Origin: Laetmonice hystrix
Taxonomy: Eukaryota
Direction: 5' to 3'
Length of the DNA: 64,000 bases
NCBI GenBank assembly: GCA_965235115.1
Contig: OZ249436.1
Location: 24,864,001-24,928,000, forward strand
The notes beneath the pieces were generated by a model. It did not search any database and was not told the origin of the DNA. It was given only the letters and a program-made list of their open reading frames with translations. Position numbers and translations under genes: made by a program. Position 1 is the stretch's first letter, and every line of letters begins with the position of its first letter. Positions 10,701 through 25,200 of the stretch are shown here, one piece after another.

Positions 10701-13700
10701 GCAAATTCAGTCAATGCAAGCTGGAAAATCGAATGTCAAACCTAATGCTCCCCCCCCCCCAGCACGTTAACTGAAAATAATCAACTAGCTTGAAAACTAG
10801 AATATAGCTTTGTTAAGCTAACAATCTACTCTCCAAGCGCCATCAACTCGCATACAGGCGTAAAAGCAAACGCACTGCCCCATATAATGCTTCCAGCCTA
10901 AAACGATGTTGCAATTAATTTAAAATTAACAAGATGCACTAGTAATCCGATCCAAGCCTAATTACGTCATTGCTAGTTTCATAACCAAATCTCACAGAAA
11001 ATACCCCACCCGCGCACATAACCTGAAAATATTCAACTTTTATCTCCAATGTATCCCTGTGCACCTAGTAGCACCCAAGCGGGCCCAATTTTGACATTCC
11101 AACACAAATACCGCAAATACCCGCCTAATGGCACAAAAAACTTTCTACCCCGTTGCAAGTCACATTAGCTTGCTGCTTGTCGTAAAAAATGGTGCAGACC
11201 ATTTCTAAAGTCACAGTACCCCACTCCCGGCCTAATATTACGTTTCAGTATCCATATACGCTGCAAGCGGCAGGAACTCGAATACAGGCCTAAAAGTAAC
11301 CCCAGTCTAGCAATATCATACTCTCATGCCATATACGAGCTTGTAATTATCTTTAATTAATGGGCTCCGCAGCACCAACCCACTGCATTAACATTTGTTT
11401 AACAGCTTAACGCACCTTGTAAAAAATTTTCAAGTGCGTAAAAATGCGTGTCCACCTCCACATAGTTTAAAAATCACTATACCCACCCAGCGACATTCAC
11501 TCTAATACACGCCTAAGAGGAACTTCACTGTCCCATTTGATTCTCCAGCACGTATAGGATGTTTCAAGTAACATTTATCCACGGTCTGGCCCAATAACGT
11601 GCAACAAAGCATAGTAAGTCAATGCGACCTCGCATGTCAAACCTAACCCGCCCCCCAGCACATGAGCTGGAGATATTCAAATAGCTTGAAAACTAGAATA
11701 TAGCTTTGCTTAATACCATTATACCATCAACTCGCATTACAGGCCTAATGCGAAGCTCCCAGCCTAAAACGAGTTTCCAATTAATTTAAAGTTAACAAGA
11801 TGCACTAATAATCGATTCCAAGCCTAATTAGGCCATTGCTAGTTGGATAACCAAATCTCATACAAAATACACCCTCCCGGCAGATGACCTGGGAATATTC
11901 AACTCTTATGTCCGATATATCCCTGTCCGCTTAGTAGCACCCAGCCGGGCCCCCATTTTGACATTGCAACACCAATACAGCAAGTGCCCAGCTAACAGCA
12001 CAAATAACAGGATTCAGGGCTTCCTACCACGTTACAAGTCACAATAGATTGCTGCCTGTCGTAAAAATATACCAGACCATTTTAAAAAGTCACAGAACCC
12101 CAATCCGGCCCTAATATGTCACTCCCAGTACCAATAGACGCTGGAAGCACCATCAACTGAAATTCAGGCCTAGAACCCACCTCTCTCTACCAATATCATG
12201 CACCTAGTCCGTATACGAGGTTGTAATTTACTTTAATCAACGGGCTGCGCCGCAGCAACCCACTCTGGTCTTTGCAATCTTTTTCAATATGCGTTAACAT
12301 TTGTGACCAGCTCAACGCGCCTTGTAAAATTTTTGGAAGTGCGTAAAAGTGTCTGTCCACCCCGACACGCTTTCCAAACCACTATACCCACCGAGCGACA
12401 TCCACTCAAATACAGGCTTCGACCGATCCTCACTGTGCCAATAATCCGCCACAAGGCAAATTCAGTCAATGCAAGCTGGAAAATCGAATGTCAAACCTAA
12501 TGCTCCCCCCCCCAGCACGTTAACTGAAAAAAATCAACTAGCTTGAAAACTAGAATATAGCTTTGTTTAGCTAACAATCTACTCTCCCAGCGCCATCAAC
12601 TCGCATACAGGCGTAAAAGCAAACGCACTGCCCCATATAATGCTCCCAGCCTAAGACGATGTTGCAATTAATTTAAGATTAACAAGATGCACTAGTAATC
12701 CGATCCAAGCCTAATTACGTCATTGCTAGTTTCATAACCAAATCTCACAGAAAATACCCCACCCGCGCACATAACCTGAAAATATTTAACTTTTATCTCC
12801 AATGTATCCCTGTGCACCTAGTAGCACACAAGCGGGCCCAATTTTGACATCCCAACACAAATACCGCAAATACCCGCCTAATGGCACAAAAAACTTTCTA
12901 CCCCGTTGCAAGTCACATTAGCGTGCTGCTTGTCGTAAAAAATGGTGCAGACCATTTCTAAAGTCACAGTACCCCACTCCCGGCCTAATATTACGTTTCA
13001 GTATCCATATACGCTGCAAGCGGCAGGAACTCGAATACAGGCCTAAAAGTAACCTCAGTCTAGCAATATCATACTCCCATGCCATATACGAGCTTGTAAT
13101 TATCTTTAATTAATGGGCTCCGCAGCACCAACCCACTGCATTAACATTTGTTTAACAGCTTAACGCACCTTGTAAAAATTTTTCAAGTGCGTAAAAATGC
13201 GTGTCCACCTCCACATACTTTAAAAATCACTATACCCACCCAGCGACATCCACTCTAATACACGCCTAAAAGGAACTTCACTGTCCCATTTGATTCTCCA
13301 GCACGTATAGGATGTTTCAAGTAACATTCATCCACGGTCTGGCCCAATAACGTGCAGCAAGGCATAGTAAGTCAATGCGAGCTCGCATGTCAAACCTAAC
13401 CCGCCCCCAAGCACATGAGCTGAAAATATTCAAATAGCTTGAAAACTAGAATATAGCTTTGCTTAATACCATTATACCATCAACTCGCATTACAGGCCTA
13501 ATGCGAAGCTCCCAGCCTAAAACGAGTTTCCAATTAATTTAAAGTTAACAAGATGCACTAATAATCGATTCCAAGCCTAATTAGGCCATTGCTAGTTGGA
13601 TAACCAAATCTCATACAAAATACACCCTCCCGGCAGATGACCTGAGAATATTCAACTCTTATGTCCGATATATCCCTGTCCGCTTTGTAGCACCCAGCCG

Positions 13701-16700
13701 GGCCCCCATTTTGACATTGCAACACCAATACAGCAAGTGCCCAGCTAACAGCACAAATAACAGGATTCAGGGCTTCCTACCACGTTACAAGTCACAATAG
13801 ATTGCTGCCTGTCGTAAAAATATACCAGACCATTTTAAAAAGTCACAGAACCCCAATCCGGCCCTAATATGTCACTCCCAGTACCAATACACTCTGGAAG
13901 CACCATCAACTGAAATTCAGGCCTAGAACCCACCTCTCTCTACCAATATCATGCACCTAGTCCGTATACGAGGTTGTAATTTACTTTAATCAACGGGCTG
14001 CGCCGCAGCAACCCACTCTGGTCTTTGCAATCTTTTTCAATATGCGTTAACATTTGTAACCAGCTCAACGCGCCTTGTAAAATTTTTCAAAGTGCGTAAA
14101 AGTGTGTGTCCACCCCGACACGCTTTCCAAACCACTATACCCACCGAGCGACATCCACTCAAATACAGGCTTCGACCGATCCTCACTGTGCCAATAATCC
14201 GCCACAAGGCAAATTCAGTCAATGCAAGCTGGAAAATCGAATGTCAAACCTAATACTCCCCCCCCCAGCACGTTAACTGAAAATAATCAACTAGCTTGAA
14301 AACTAGAATATAGCTTTGTTTAGCTAACAATCTACTCTCCCAGCGCCATCAACTCGCATACAGGCGTAAAAGCAAACGCACTGCCCCATATAATGCTCCC
14401 AGCCTAAAACGATGTTGCAATTAATTTAAAATTAACAAGATGCACTAGTAATCCGATCCAAGCTTAATTACGTCATTGCTAGTTTCATAACCAAATCTCA
14501 CAGAAAATACCCCACCCGGGCACATAACCTGAAAATATTCAACTTTTATCTCCAATGTATCCCTGTGCACCTAGTAGCACCCAAGCGGGCCCAATTTTGA
14601 CATTCCAACACAAATACCGCAAATACCCGCCTAATGGCACAAAAAACTTTCTACCCCGTTGCAAGTCACATTAGCTTGCTGCTTGTCGTAAAAAATGGTG
14701 CAGACCATTTCTAAAGTCACAGTACCCCACTCCCGGCCTAATATTACGTTTCAGTATCCATATACGCTGCAAGCGGCAGGAACTCGAATACAGGCCTAAA
14801 AGTAACCCCAGTCTAGCAATATCATACTCTCATGCCATATACGAGCTTGTAATTATCTTTAATTAATGGGCTCCGCAGCACCAACCCACTGCATTAACAT
14901 TTGTTTAACAGCTTAACGCACCTTGTAAAAAAATTTTCAAGTGCGTAAAAATGCGTGTCCACCTCCACATACTTTAAAAATCACTATACCCACCCAGCGA
15001 CATTCACTCTAATACACGCCTAAGAGGAACTTCACTGTCCCATTTGATTCTCCAGCACGTATAGGATGTTTCAAGTAACATTTATCCACGGTCTGGCCCA
15101 ATAACGTGCAACAAGGCATAGTAAGTCAATGCGAGCTCGCATGTCAAACCTAACCCGCCCCCCAGCACATGAGCTGAAAATATTCAAATAGCTTGAAAAC
15201 TAGAATATAGCTTTGCTTAATACCATTATACCATCAACTCGCATTACAGGCCTAATGCGAAGCTCCCAGCCTAAAACGAGTTTCCAATTAATTTAAAGTT
15301 AACAAGATGCACTAATAATCGATTCCAAGCCTAATTAGGCCATTGCTAGTTGGATAACCAAATCTCATACAAAATACACCCTCCCGGCAGATGACCTGAG
15401 AATATTCAACTCTTATGTCCGATATATCCCTGTCCGCTTAGTAGCACCCAGCCGGGCCCCCATTTTGACATTGCAACACCAATACAGCAAGTGCCCAGCT
15501 AACAGCACAAATAACAGGATTCAGGGCTTCCTACCACGTTACAAGTCACAATAGATTGCTGCCTGTCGTAAAAATATACCAGACCATTTTAAAAAGTCAC
15601 AGAACCCCAATCCGGCCCTAATATGTCACTCCCAGTACCAATACACGCTGGAAGCACCATCAACTGAAATTCAGGCCTAGAACCCACCTCTCTCTACCAA
15701 TATCATGCACCTAGTCCGTATACGAGGTTGTAATTTACTTTAATCAACGGGCTGCGCCGCAGCAACCCACTCTGGTCTTTGCAATCTTTTTCAATATGCG
15801 TTAACATTTGTAACCAGCTCAACGCGCCTTGTAAAATTTTTCAAAGTGCGTAAAAGTGTGTGTCCATCCCGACACGCTTTCCAAACCACTATACCCACCG
15901 AGCGACATCCACTCAAATACAGGCTTCGACCGATCCTCACTGTGCCAATAATCCGCCACAAGGCAAATTCAGTCAATGCAAGCTGGAAAATCGAATGTCA
16001 AACCTAATGCTCCCCCCCCCCCAGCACGTTAACTGAAAATAATCAACTAGCTTGAAAACTAGAATATAGCTTTGTTAAGCTAACAATCTACTCTCCAAGC
16101 GCCATCAACTCGCATACAGGCGTAAAAGCAAACGCACTGCCCCATATAATGCTTCCAGCCTAAAACGATGTTGCAATTAATTTAAAATTAACAAGATGCA
16201 CTAGTAATCCGATCCAAGCCTAATTACGTCATTGCTAGTTTCATAACCAAATCTCACAGAAAATACCCCACCCGCGCACATAACCTGAAAATATTCAACT
16301 TTTATCTCCAATGTATCCCTGTGCACCTAGTAGCACCCAAGCGGGCCCAATTTTGACATTCCAACACAAATACCGCAAATACCCGCCTAATGGCACAAAA
16401 AACTTTCTACCCCGTTGCAAGTCACATTAGCTTGCTGCTTGTCGTAAAAAATGGTGCAGACCATTTCTAAAGTCACAGTACCCCACTCCCGGCCTAATAT
16501 TACGTTTCAGTATCCATATACGCTGCAAGCGGCAGGAACTCGAATACAGGCCTAAAAGTAACCCCAGTCTAGCAATATCATACTCTCATGCCATATACGA
16601 GCTTGTAATTATCTTTAATTAATGGGCTCCGCAGCACCAACCCACTGCATTAACATTTGTTTAACAGCTTAACGCACCTTGTAAAAAATTTTCAAGTGCG

Positions 16701-19294
16701 TAAAAATGCGTGTCCACCTCCACATAGTTTAAAAATCACTATACCCACCCAGCGACATTCACTCTAATACACGCCTAAGAGGAACTTCACTGTCCCATTT
16801 GATTCTCCAGCACGTATAGGATGTTTCAAGTAACATTTATCCACGGTCTGGCCCAATAACGTGCAACAAAGCATAGTAAGTCAATGCGACCTCGCATGTC
16901 AAACCTAACCCGCCCCCCAGCACATGAGCTGGAGATATTCAAATAGCTTGAAAACTAGAATATAGCTTTGCTTAATACCATTATACCATCAACTCGCATT
17001 ACAGGCCTAATGCGAAGCTCCCAGCCTAAAACGAGTTTCCAATTAATTTAAAGTTAACAAGATGCACTAATAATCGATTCCAAGCCTAATTAGGCCATTG
17101 CTAGTTGGATAACCAAATCTCATACAAAATACACCCTCCCGGCAGATGACCTGGGAATATTCAACTCTTATGTCCGATATATCCCTGTCCGCTTAGTAGC
17201 ACCCAGCCGGGCCCCCATTTTGACATTGCAACACCAATACAGCAAGTGCCCAGCTAACAGCACAAATAACAGGATTCAGGGCTTCCTACCACGTTACAAG
17301 TCACAATAGATTGCTGCCTGTCGTAAAAATATACCAGACCATTTTAAAAAGTCACAGAACCCCAATCCGGCCCTAATATGTCACTCCCAGTACCAATAGA
17401 CGCTGGAAGCACCATCAACTGAAATTCAGGCCTAGAACCCACCTCTCTCTACCAATATCATGCACCTAGTCCGTATACGAGGTTGTAATTTACTTTAATC
17501 AACGGGCTGCGCCGCAGCAACCCACTCTGGTCTTTGCAATCTTTTTCAATATGCGTTAACATTTGTGACCAGCTCAACGCGCCTTGTAAAATTTTTGGAA
17601 GTGCGTAAAAGTGTCTGTCCACCCCGACACGCTTTCCAAACCACTATACCCACCGAGCGACATCCACTCAAATACAGGCTTCGACCGATCCTCACTGTGC
17701 CAATAATCCGCCACAAGGCAAATTCAGTCAATGCAAGCTGGAAAATCGAATGTCAAACCTAATGCTCCCCCCCCCAGCACGTTAACTGAAAAAAATCAAC
17801 TAGCTTGAAAACTAGAATATAGCTTTGTTTAGCTAACAATCTACTCTCCCAGCGCCATCAACTCGCATACAGGCGTAAAAGCAAACGCACTGCCCCATAT
17901 AATGCTCCCAGCCTAAGACGATGTTGCAATTAATTTAAGATTAACAAGATGCACTAGTAATCCGATCCAAGCCTAATTACGTCATTGCTAGTTTCATAAC
18001 CAAATCTCACAGAAAATACCCCACCCGCGCACATAACCTGAAAATATTTAACTTTTATCTCCAATGTATCCCTGTGCACCTAGTAGCACACAAGCGGGCC
18101 CAATTTTGACATCCCAACACAAATACCGCAAATACCCGCCTAATGGCACAAAAAACTTTCTACCCCGTTGCAAGTCACATTAGCGTGCTGCTTGTCGTAA
18201 AAAATGGTGCAGACCATTTCTAAAGTCACAGTACCCCACTCCCGGCCTAATATTACGTTTCAGTATCCATATACGCTGCAAGCGGCAGGAACTCGAATAC
18301 AGGCCTAAAAGTAACCTCAGTCTAGCAATATCATACTCCCATGCCATATACGAGCTTGTAATTATCTTTAATTAATGGGCTCCGCAGCACCAACCCACTG
18401 CATTAACATTTGTTTAACAGCTTAACGCACCTTGTAAAAATTTTTCAAGTGCGTAAAAATGCGTGTCCACCTCCACATACTTTAAAAATCACTATACCCA
18501 CCCAGCGACATCCACTCTAATACACGCCTAAAAGGAACTTCACTGTCCCATTTGATTCTCCAGCACGTATAGGATGTTTCAAGTAACATTCATCCACGGT
18601 CTGGCCCAATAACGTGCAGCAAGGCATAGTAAGTCAATGCGAGCTCGCATGTCAAACCTAACCCGCCCCCAAGCACATGAGCTGAAAATATTCAAATAGC
18701 TTGAAAACTAGAATATAGCTTTGCTTAATACCATTATACCATCAACTCGCATTACAGGCCTAATGCGAAGCTCCCAGCCTAAAACGAGTTTCCAAATAAT
18801 TTAAAGTTAACAAGATGCACTAATAATCGATTCCAAGCCTAATTAGGCCATTGCTAGTTGGATAACCAAATCTCATACAAAATACACCCTCCCGGCAGAT
18901 GACCTGAGAATATTTAACTCTTATGTCCGATATATCCCTGTCTGCTTAGTAGCACCCAGCCGGGCCCCCATTTTGACATTGCAACACCAATACAGCAAGT
19001 GCCCAGCTAACAGCACAAATAACAGGATTCAGGGCTTCCTACCACGTTACAAGTCACAATAGATTGCTGCCTGTCGTAAAAATATACCAGACCATTTTAA
19101 AAAGTCACAGAACCCCAATCCGGCCCTAATATGTCACTCCCAGTACCAATACACGCTGGAAGCACCATCAACTGAAATTCAGGCCTAGAACCCACCTCTC
19201 TCTACCAATATCATGCACCTAGTCCGTATACGAGGTTGTAATTTACTTTAATCAACGGGCTGCGCCGCAGCAACCCACTCTGGTCTTTGCAATC
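1755..19294. repeat. 5-monomer tandem duplication (B-C-A-B-C', 8,770-bp period), two copies
   Basis: Unit starts 1755/3510/5263/7017/8772 map exactly, at +8770, onto 10525/12280/14033/15787/17542. The diagnostic SNPs and poly-C lengths I compared all match. Confidence 0.9.
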
Positions 19295-22200
19295 TTTTTC
19301 AATATGCGTTAACATTTGTGACCAGCTCAACGCGCCTTGTAAAATTTTTCAAAGTGCGTAAAAGTGTGTGTCCACCCCGACACGCTTTCCAAACCACTAT
19401 ACCCACCGAGCGACATCCACTCAAATACAGGCTTCGACCGATCCTCACTGTGCCAATAATCCGCCACAAGGCAAATTCAGTCAATGCAAGCTGGAAAATC
19501 GAATGTCAAACCTAATGCTCCCCCCCCAGCACGTTAACTGAAAAAAATCAACTAGCTTGAAAACTAGAATATAGCTTTGTTTAGCTAACAATCTACTCTC
19601 CCAGCGCCATCAACTCGCATACAGGCGTAAAAGCAAACGCACTGCCCCATATAATGCTCCCAGCCTAAGACGATGTTGCAATTAATTTAAGATTAACAAG
19701 ATGCACTAGTAATCCGATCCAAGCCTAATTACGTCATTGCTAGTTTCATAACCAAATCTCACAGAAAATACCCCACCCGCGCACATAACCTGAAAATATT
19801 CAACTTTTATCTCCAATGTATCCCTGTGCACCTAGTAGCACCCAAGCGGGCCCAATTTTGACATTCCAACACAAATACCGCAAATACCCGCCTAATGGCA
19901 CAAAAAAACTTTCTACCCCGTTGCAAGTCACATTAGCTTGCTGCTTGTCGTAAAAAATGGTGCAGACCATTTCTAAAGTCACAGTACCCCACTCCCGGCC
20001 TAATATTACGTTTCAGTATCCATATACGCTGCAAGCGGCAAGAACTCGAATACAGGCCTAAAAGTAACCCCAGTCTAGCAATATCATACTCTCATGCCAT
20101 ATACGAGCTTGTAATTATCTTTAATTAATGGGCTCCGCAGCACCAACCCACTGCATTAACATTTGTTTAACAGCTTGACGCACCTTGTAAAAAATTTTCA
20201 AGTGCGTAAAAATGCGTGTCCACCTCCACATACTTTAAAAATCACTATACCCACCCAGCGACATTCACTCTAATACACGCCTAAGAGGAACTTCACTGTC
20301 CCATTTGATTCTCCAGCACGTATAGGATGTTTCAAGTAACATTCATCCACGGTCTGGCCCAATAACGTGCAACAAGGCATAGTAAGTCAATGCGAGCTCG
20401 CATGTCAAACCTAACCCGCCCCCCAGCACATGAGCTGAAAATATTCAAATAGCTTGAAAACTAGAATATAGCTTTGCTTAATACCATTATACCATCAACT
20501 CGCATTACAGGCCTAATGCGAAGCTCCCAGCCTAAAACGAGTTTCCAATTAATTTAAAGTTAACAAGATGCACTAATAATCGATTCCAAGCCTAATTAGG
20601 CCATTGCTAGTTGGATAACCAAATCTCATACAAAATACACCCTCCCGGCAGATGACCTGAGAATATTCAACTCTTATGTCCGATATATCCCTGTCCGCTT
20701 TGTAGCACCCAGCCGGGCCCCCATTTTGACATTGCAACACCAATACAGCAAGTGCCCAGCTAACAGCACAAATAACAGGATTCAGGGCTTCCTACCACGT
20801 TACAAGTCACAATAGATTGCTGCCTGTCGTAAAAATATACCAGACCATTTTAAAAAGTCACAGAACCCCAATCCGGCCCTAATATGTCACTCCCAGTACC
20901 AATACACTCTGGAAGCACCATCAACTGAAATTCAGGCCTAGAACCCACCTCTCTCTACCAATATCATGCACCTAGTCCGTATACGAGGTTGTAATTTACT
21001 TTAATCAACGGGCTGCGCCGCAGCAACCCACTCTGGTCTTTGCAATCTTTTTCAATATGCGTTAACATTTGTAACCAGCTCAACGCGCCTTGTAAAATTT
21101 TTCAAAGTGCGTAAAAGTGTGTGTCCACCCCGACACGCTTTCCAAACCACTATACCCACCGAGCGACATCCACTCAAATACAGGCTTCGACCGATCCTCA
21201 CTGTGCCAATAATCCGCCACAAGGCAAATTCAGTCAATGCAAGCTGGAAAATCGAATGTCAAACCTAATACTCCCCCCCCCCCAGCACGTTAACTGAAAA
21301 TAATCAACTAGCTTGAAAACTAGAATATAGCTTTGTTTAGCTAACAATCTACTCTCCCAGCGCCATCAACTCGCATACAGGCGTAAAAGCAAACGCACTG
21401 CCCCATATAATGCTCCCAGCCTAAAACGATGTTGCAATTAATTTAAAATTAACAAGATGCACTAGTAATCCGATCCAAGCTTAATTACGTCATTGCTAGT
21501 TTCATAACCAAATCTCACAGAAAATACCCCACCCGGGCACATAACCTGAAAATATTCAACTTTTATCTCCAATGTATCCCTGTGCACCTAGTAGCACACA
21601 AGCGGGCCCAATTTTGACATTCCAACACAAATACCGCAAATACCCGCCTAATGGCACAAAAAACTTTCTACCCCGTTGCAAGTCACATTAGCTTGCTGCT
21701 TGTCGTAAAAAATGGTGCAGATCATTTCTAAAGTCACAGTACCCCACTCCCGGCCTAATATTACGTTTCAGTATCCATATACGCTGCAAGCGGCAGGAAC
21801 TCGAATACAGGCCTAAAAGTAACCCCAGTCTAGCAATATCATACTCTCATGCCATATACGAGCTTGTAATTATCTTTAATTAATGGGCTCCGCAGCACCA
21901 ACCCACTGCATTAACATTTGTTTAACAGCTTAACGCACCTTGTAAAAAATTTTCAAGTGCGTAAAAATGCGTGTCCACCTCCACATACTTTAAAAATCAC
22001 TATACCCACCCAGCGACATTCACTCTAATACACGCCTAAGAGGAACTTCACTGTCCCATTTGAATCTCCAGCACGTATAGGATGTTTCAAGTAACATTTA
22101 TCCACGGTCTGGCCCAATAACGTGTAACAAGGCATAGTAAGTCAATGCGAGCTCGCATGTCAAACCTAACCCGCCCCCCCCAGCACATGAGCTGAAAATA

Positions 22201-25200
22201 TTCAAATAGCTTGAAAACTAGAATATAGCTTTGCTTAATACCATTATACCATGAACTCGCATTACAGGCCTAATGCGAAGCTCCCAGCCTAAAACGAGTT
22301 TCCAAATAATTTAAAGTTAACAAGATGCACTAATAATCGATTCCAAGCCTAATTAGGCCATTGCTAGTTGGATAACCAAATCTCATACAAAATACACCCT
22401 CCCGGCAGATGACCTGAGAATATTTAACTCTTATGTCCGATATATCCCTGTCTGCTTAGTAGCACCCAGCCGGGCCCCCATTTTGACATTGCAACACCAA
22501 TACAGCAAGTGCCCAGCTAACAGCACAAATAACAGGATTCAGGGCTTCCTACCACGTTACAAGTCACAATAGATTGCTGCCTGTCGTAAAAATATACCAG
22601 ACCATTTTAAAAAGTCACAGAACCCCAATCCGGCCCTAATATGTCACTCCCAGTACCAATACACGCTGGAAGCACCATCAACTGAAATTCAGGCCTAGAA
22701 CCCACCTCTCTCTACCAATATCATGCACCTAGTCCGTATACGAGGTTGTAATTTACTTTAATCAACGGGCTGTGCCGCAGCAACCCACTCTGGTCTTTGC
22801 AATCTTTTTCAATATGCGTTAACATTTGTAACCAGCTCAACGCGCCTTGTAAAATTTTTCAAAGTGCGTAAAGTGTGTGTCCACCCCGACACGCTTTCCA
22901 AACCACTATACCCACAGAGCGACATCCACTCAAATACAGGCTTCGACCGATCCTCACTGTGCCAATAATCCGCCACAAGGCAAATTCAGTCAATGCAAGC
23001 TGGAAAATCGAATGTCAAACCTAATACTCCCCCCCCCCCCAGCACGTTAACTGAAAATAATCAACTAGCTTGAAAACTAGAATATAGCTTTGTTTAGCTA
23101 ACAATCTACTCTCCCAGCGCCATCAACTCGCATACAGGCGTAAAAGCAAACGCACTGCCCCATATAATGCTCCCAGCCTAAAACGATGTTGCAATTAATT
23201 TAAAATTAACAAGATGCACTAGTAATCCGATCCAAGCTTAATTACGTCATTGCTAGTTTCATAATCAAATCTCACAGAAAATACCCTTCCCGGGCAGATA
23301 ACCTGAAAATATTCAACTTTTATCTCCAATGTATCCCTGTGCACCTAGTAGCACACAAGCGGGCCCAATTTTGACATTCCAAGACAAAAACCGCAAATAC
23401 CCGCCTAATGGCACAGAAAACTTTCTACCCCGTTGCAAGTCACATTAGCTTGCTGCTTGTCGTAAAAAATGGTGCAGACCATTTCTAAAGTCACAGTACC
23501 CCACTCCCGGCCTAATATTACGTTTCAGTATCCATATACGCTGCAAGCGGCAGGAACTCGAATACAGGCCTAAAAGTAACCTCAGTCTAGCAATATCATA
23601 CTCCCATGCCATATACGAGCTTGTAATTATCTTTAATTAATGGGCTCCGCAGCACCAACCCACTGCATTAACATTTGTTTAACAGCTTAACGCACCTTGT
23701 AAAATTTTTTCAAGTGCGTAAAAATGCGTGTCCACCTCCACATACTTTAAAAATCACTATACCCACCCAGCGACATCCACTCTAATACACGCCTAAAAGG
23801 AACTTCACTGTCCCATTTGATTCTCCAGCACGTATAGGATGTTTCAAGTAACATTCATCCACGGTCTGGCCCAATAACGTGCAGCAAGGCATAGTAAGTC
23901 AATGCGAGCTCGCATGTCAAACCTAACCCGCCCCCAAGCACATGAGCTGAAAATATTCAAATAGCTTGAAAACTAGAATATAGCTTTGCTTAATACCATT
24001 ATACCATCAACTCGCATTACAGGCCTAATGCGAAGCTCCCAGCCTAAAACGAGTTTCCAAATAATTTAAAGTTAACAAGATGCACTAATAATCGATTCCA
24101 AGCCTAATTAGGCCATTGCTAGTTGGATAACCAAATCTCATACAAAATACACCCTCCCGGCAGATGACCTGAGAATATTTAACTCTTATGTCCGATATAT
24201 CCCTGTCTGCTTAGTAGCACCCAGCCGGGCCCCCATTTTGACATTGCAACACCAATACAGCAAGTGCCCAGCTAACAGCACAAATAACAGGATTCAGGGC
24301 TTCCTACCACGTTACAAGTCACAATAGATTGCTGCCTGTCGTAAAAATATACCAGACCATTTTAAAAAGTCACAGAACCCCAATCCGGCCCTAATATGTC
24401 ACTCCCAGTACCAATACACGCTGGAAGCACCATCAACTGAAATTCAGGCCTAGAACCCACCTCTCTCTACCAATATCATGCACCTAGTCCGTATACGAGG
24501 TTGTAATTTACTTTAATCAACGGGCTGTGCCGCAGCAACCCACTCTGGTCTTTGCAATCTTTTTCAATATGCGTTAACATTTGTAACCAGCTCAACGCGC
24601 CTTGTAAAATTTTTCAAAGTGCGTAAAGTGTGTGTCCACCCCGACACGCTTTCCAAACCACTATACCCACCGAGCGACATCCACTCAAATACAGGCTTCG
24701 ACCGATCCTCACTGTGCCAATAATCCGCCACAAGGCAAATTCAGTCAATGCAAGCTGGAAAATCGAATGTCAAACCTAATACTCCCCCCCCCCCCAGCAC
24801 GTTAACTGAAAATAATCAACTAGCTTGAAAACTAGAATATAGCTTTGTTTAGCTAACAATCTACTCTCCCAGCGCCATCAACTCGCATACAGGCGTAAAA
24901 GCAAACGCACTGCCCCATATAATGCTCCCAGCCTAAAACGATGTTGCAATTAATTTAAAATTAACAAGATGCACTAGTAATCCGATCCAAGCTTAATTAC
25001 GTCATTGCTAGTTTCATAATCAAATCTCACAGAAAATACCCTTCCCGGGCAGATAACCTGAAAATATTCAACTTTTATCTCCAATGTATCCCTGTGCACC
25101 TAGTAGCACACAAGCGGGCCCAATTTTGACATTCCAAGACAAAAACCGCAAATACCCGCCTAATGGCACAGAAAACTTTCTACCCCGTTGCAAGTCACAT

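Noticed and set aside
19800..19982. 60-aa ORF (MTLEMVCTIF...) and 64-aa ORF (MSTPTRF..., e.g. 31649-31843)
   Set aside because: They appear only when an A-run or the poly-C run has a particular length, so they are homopolymer-dependent artefacts.
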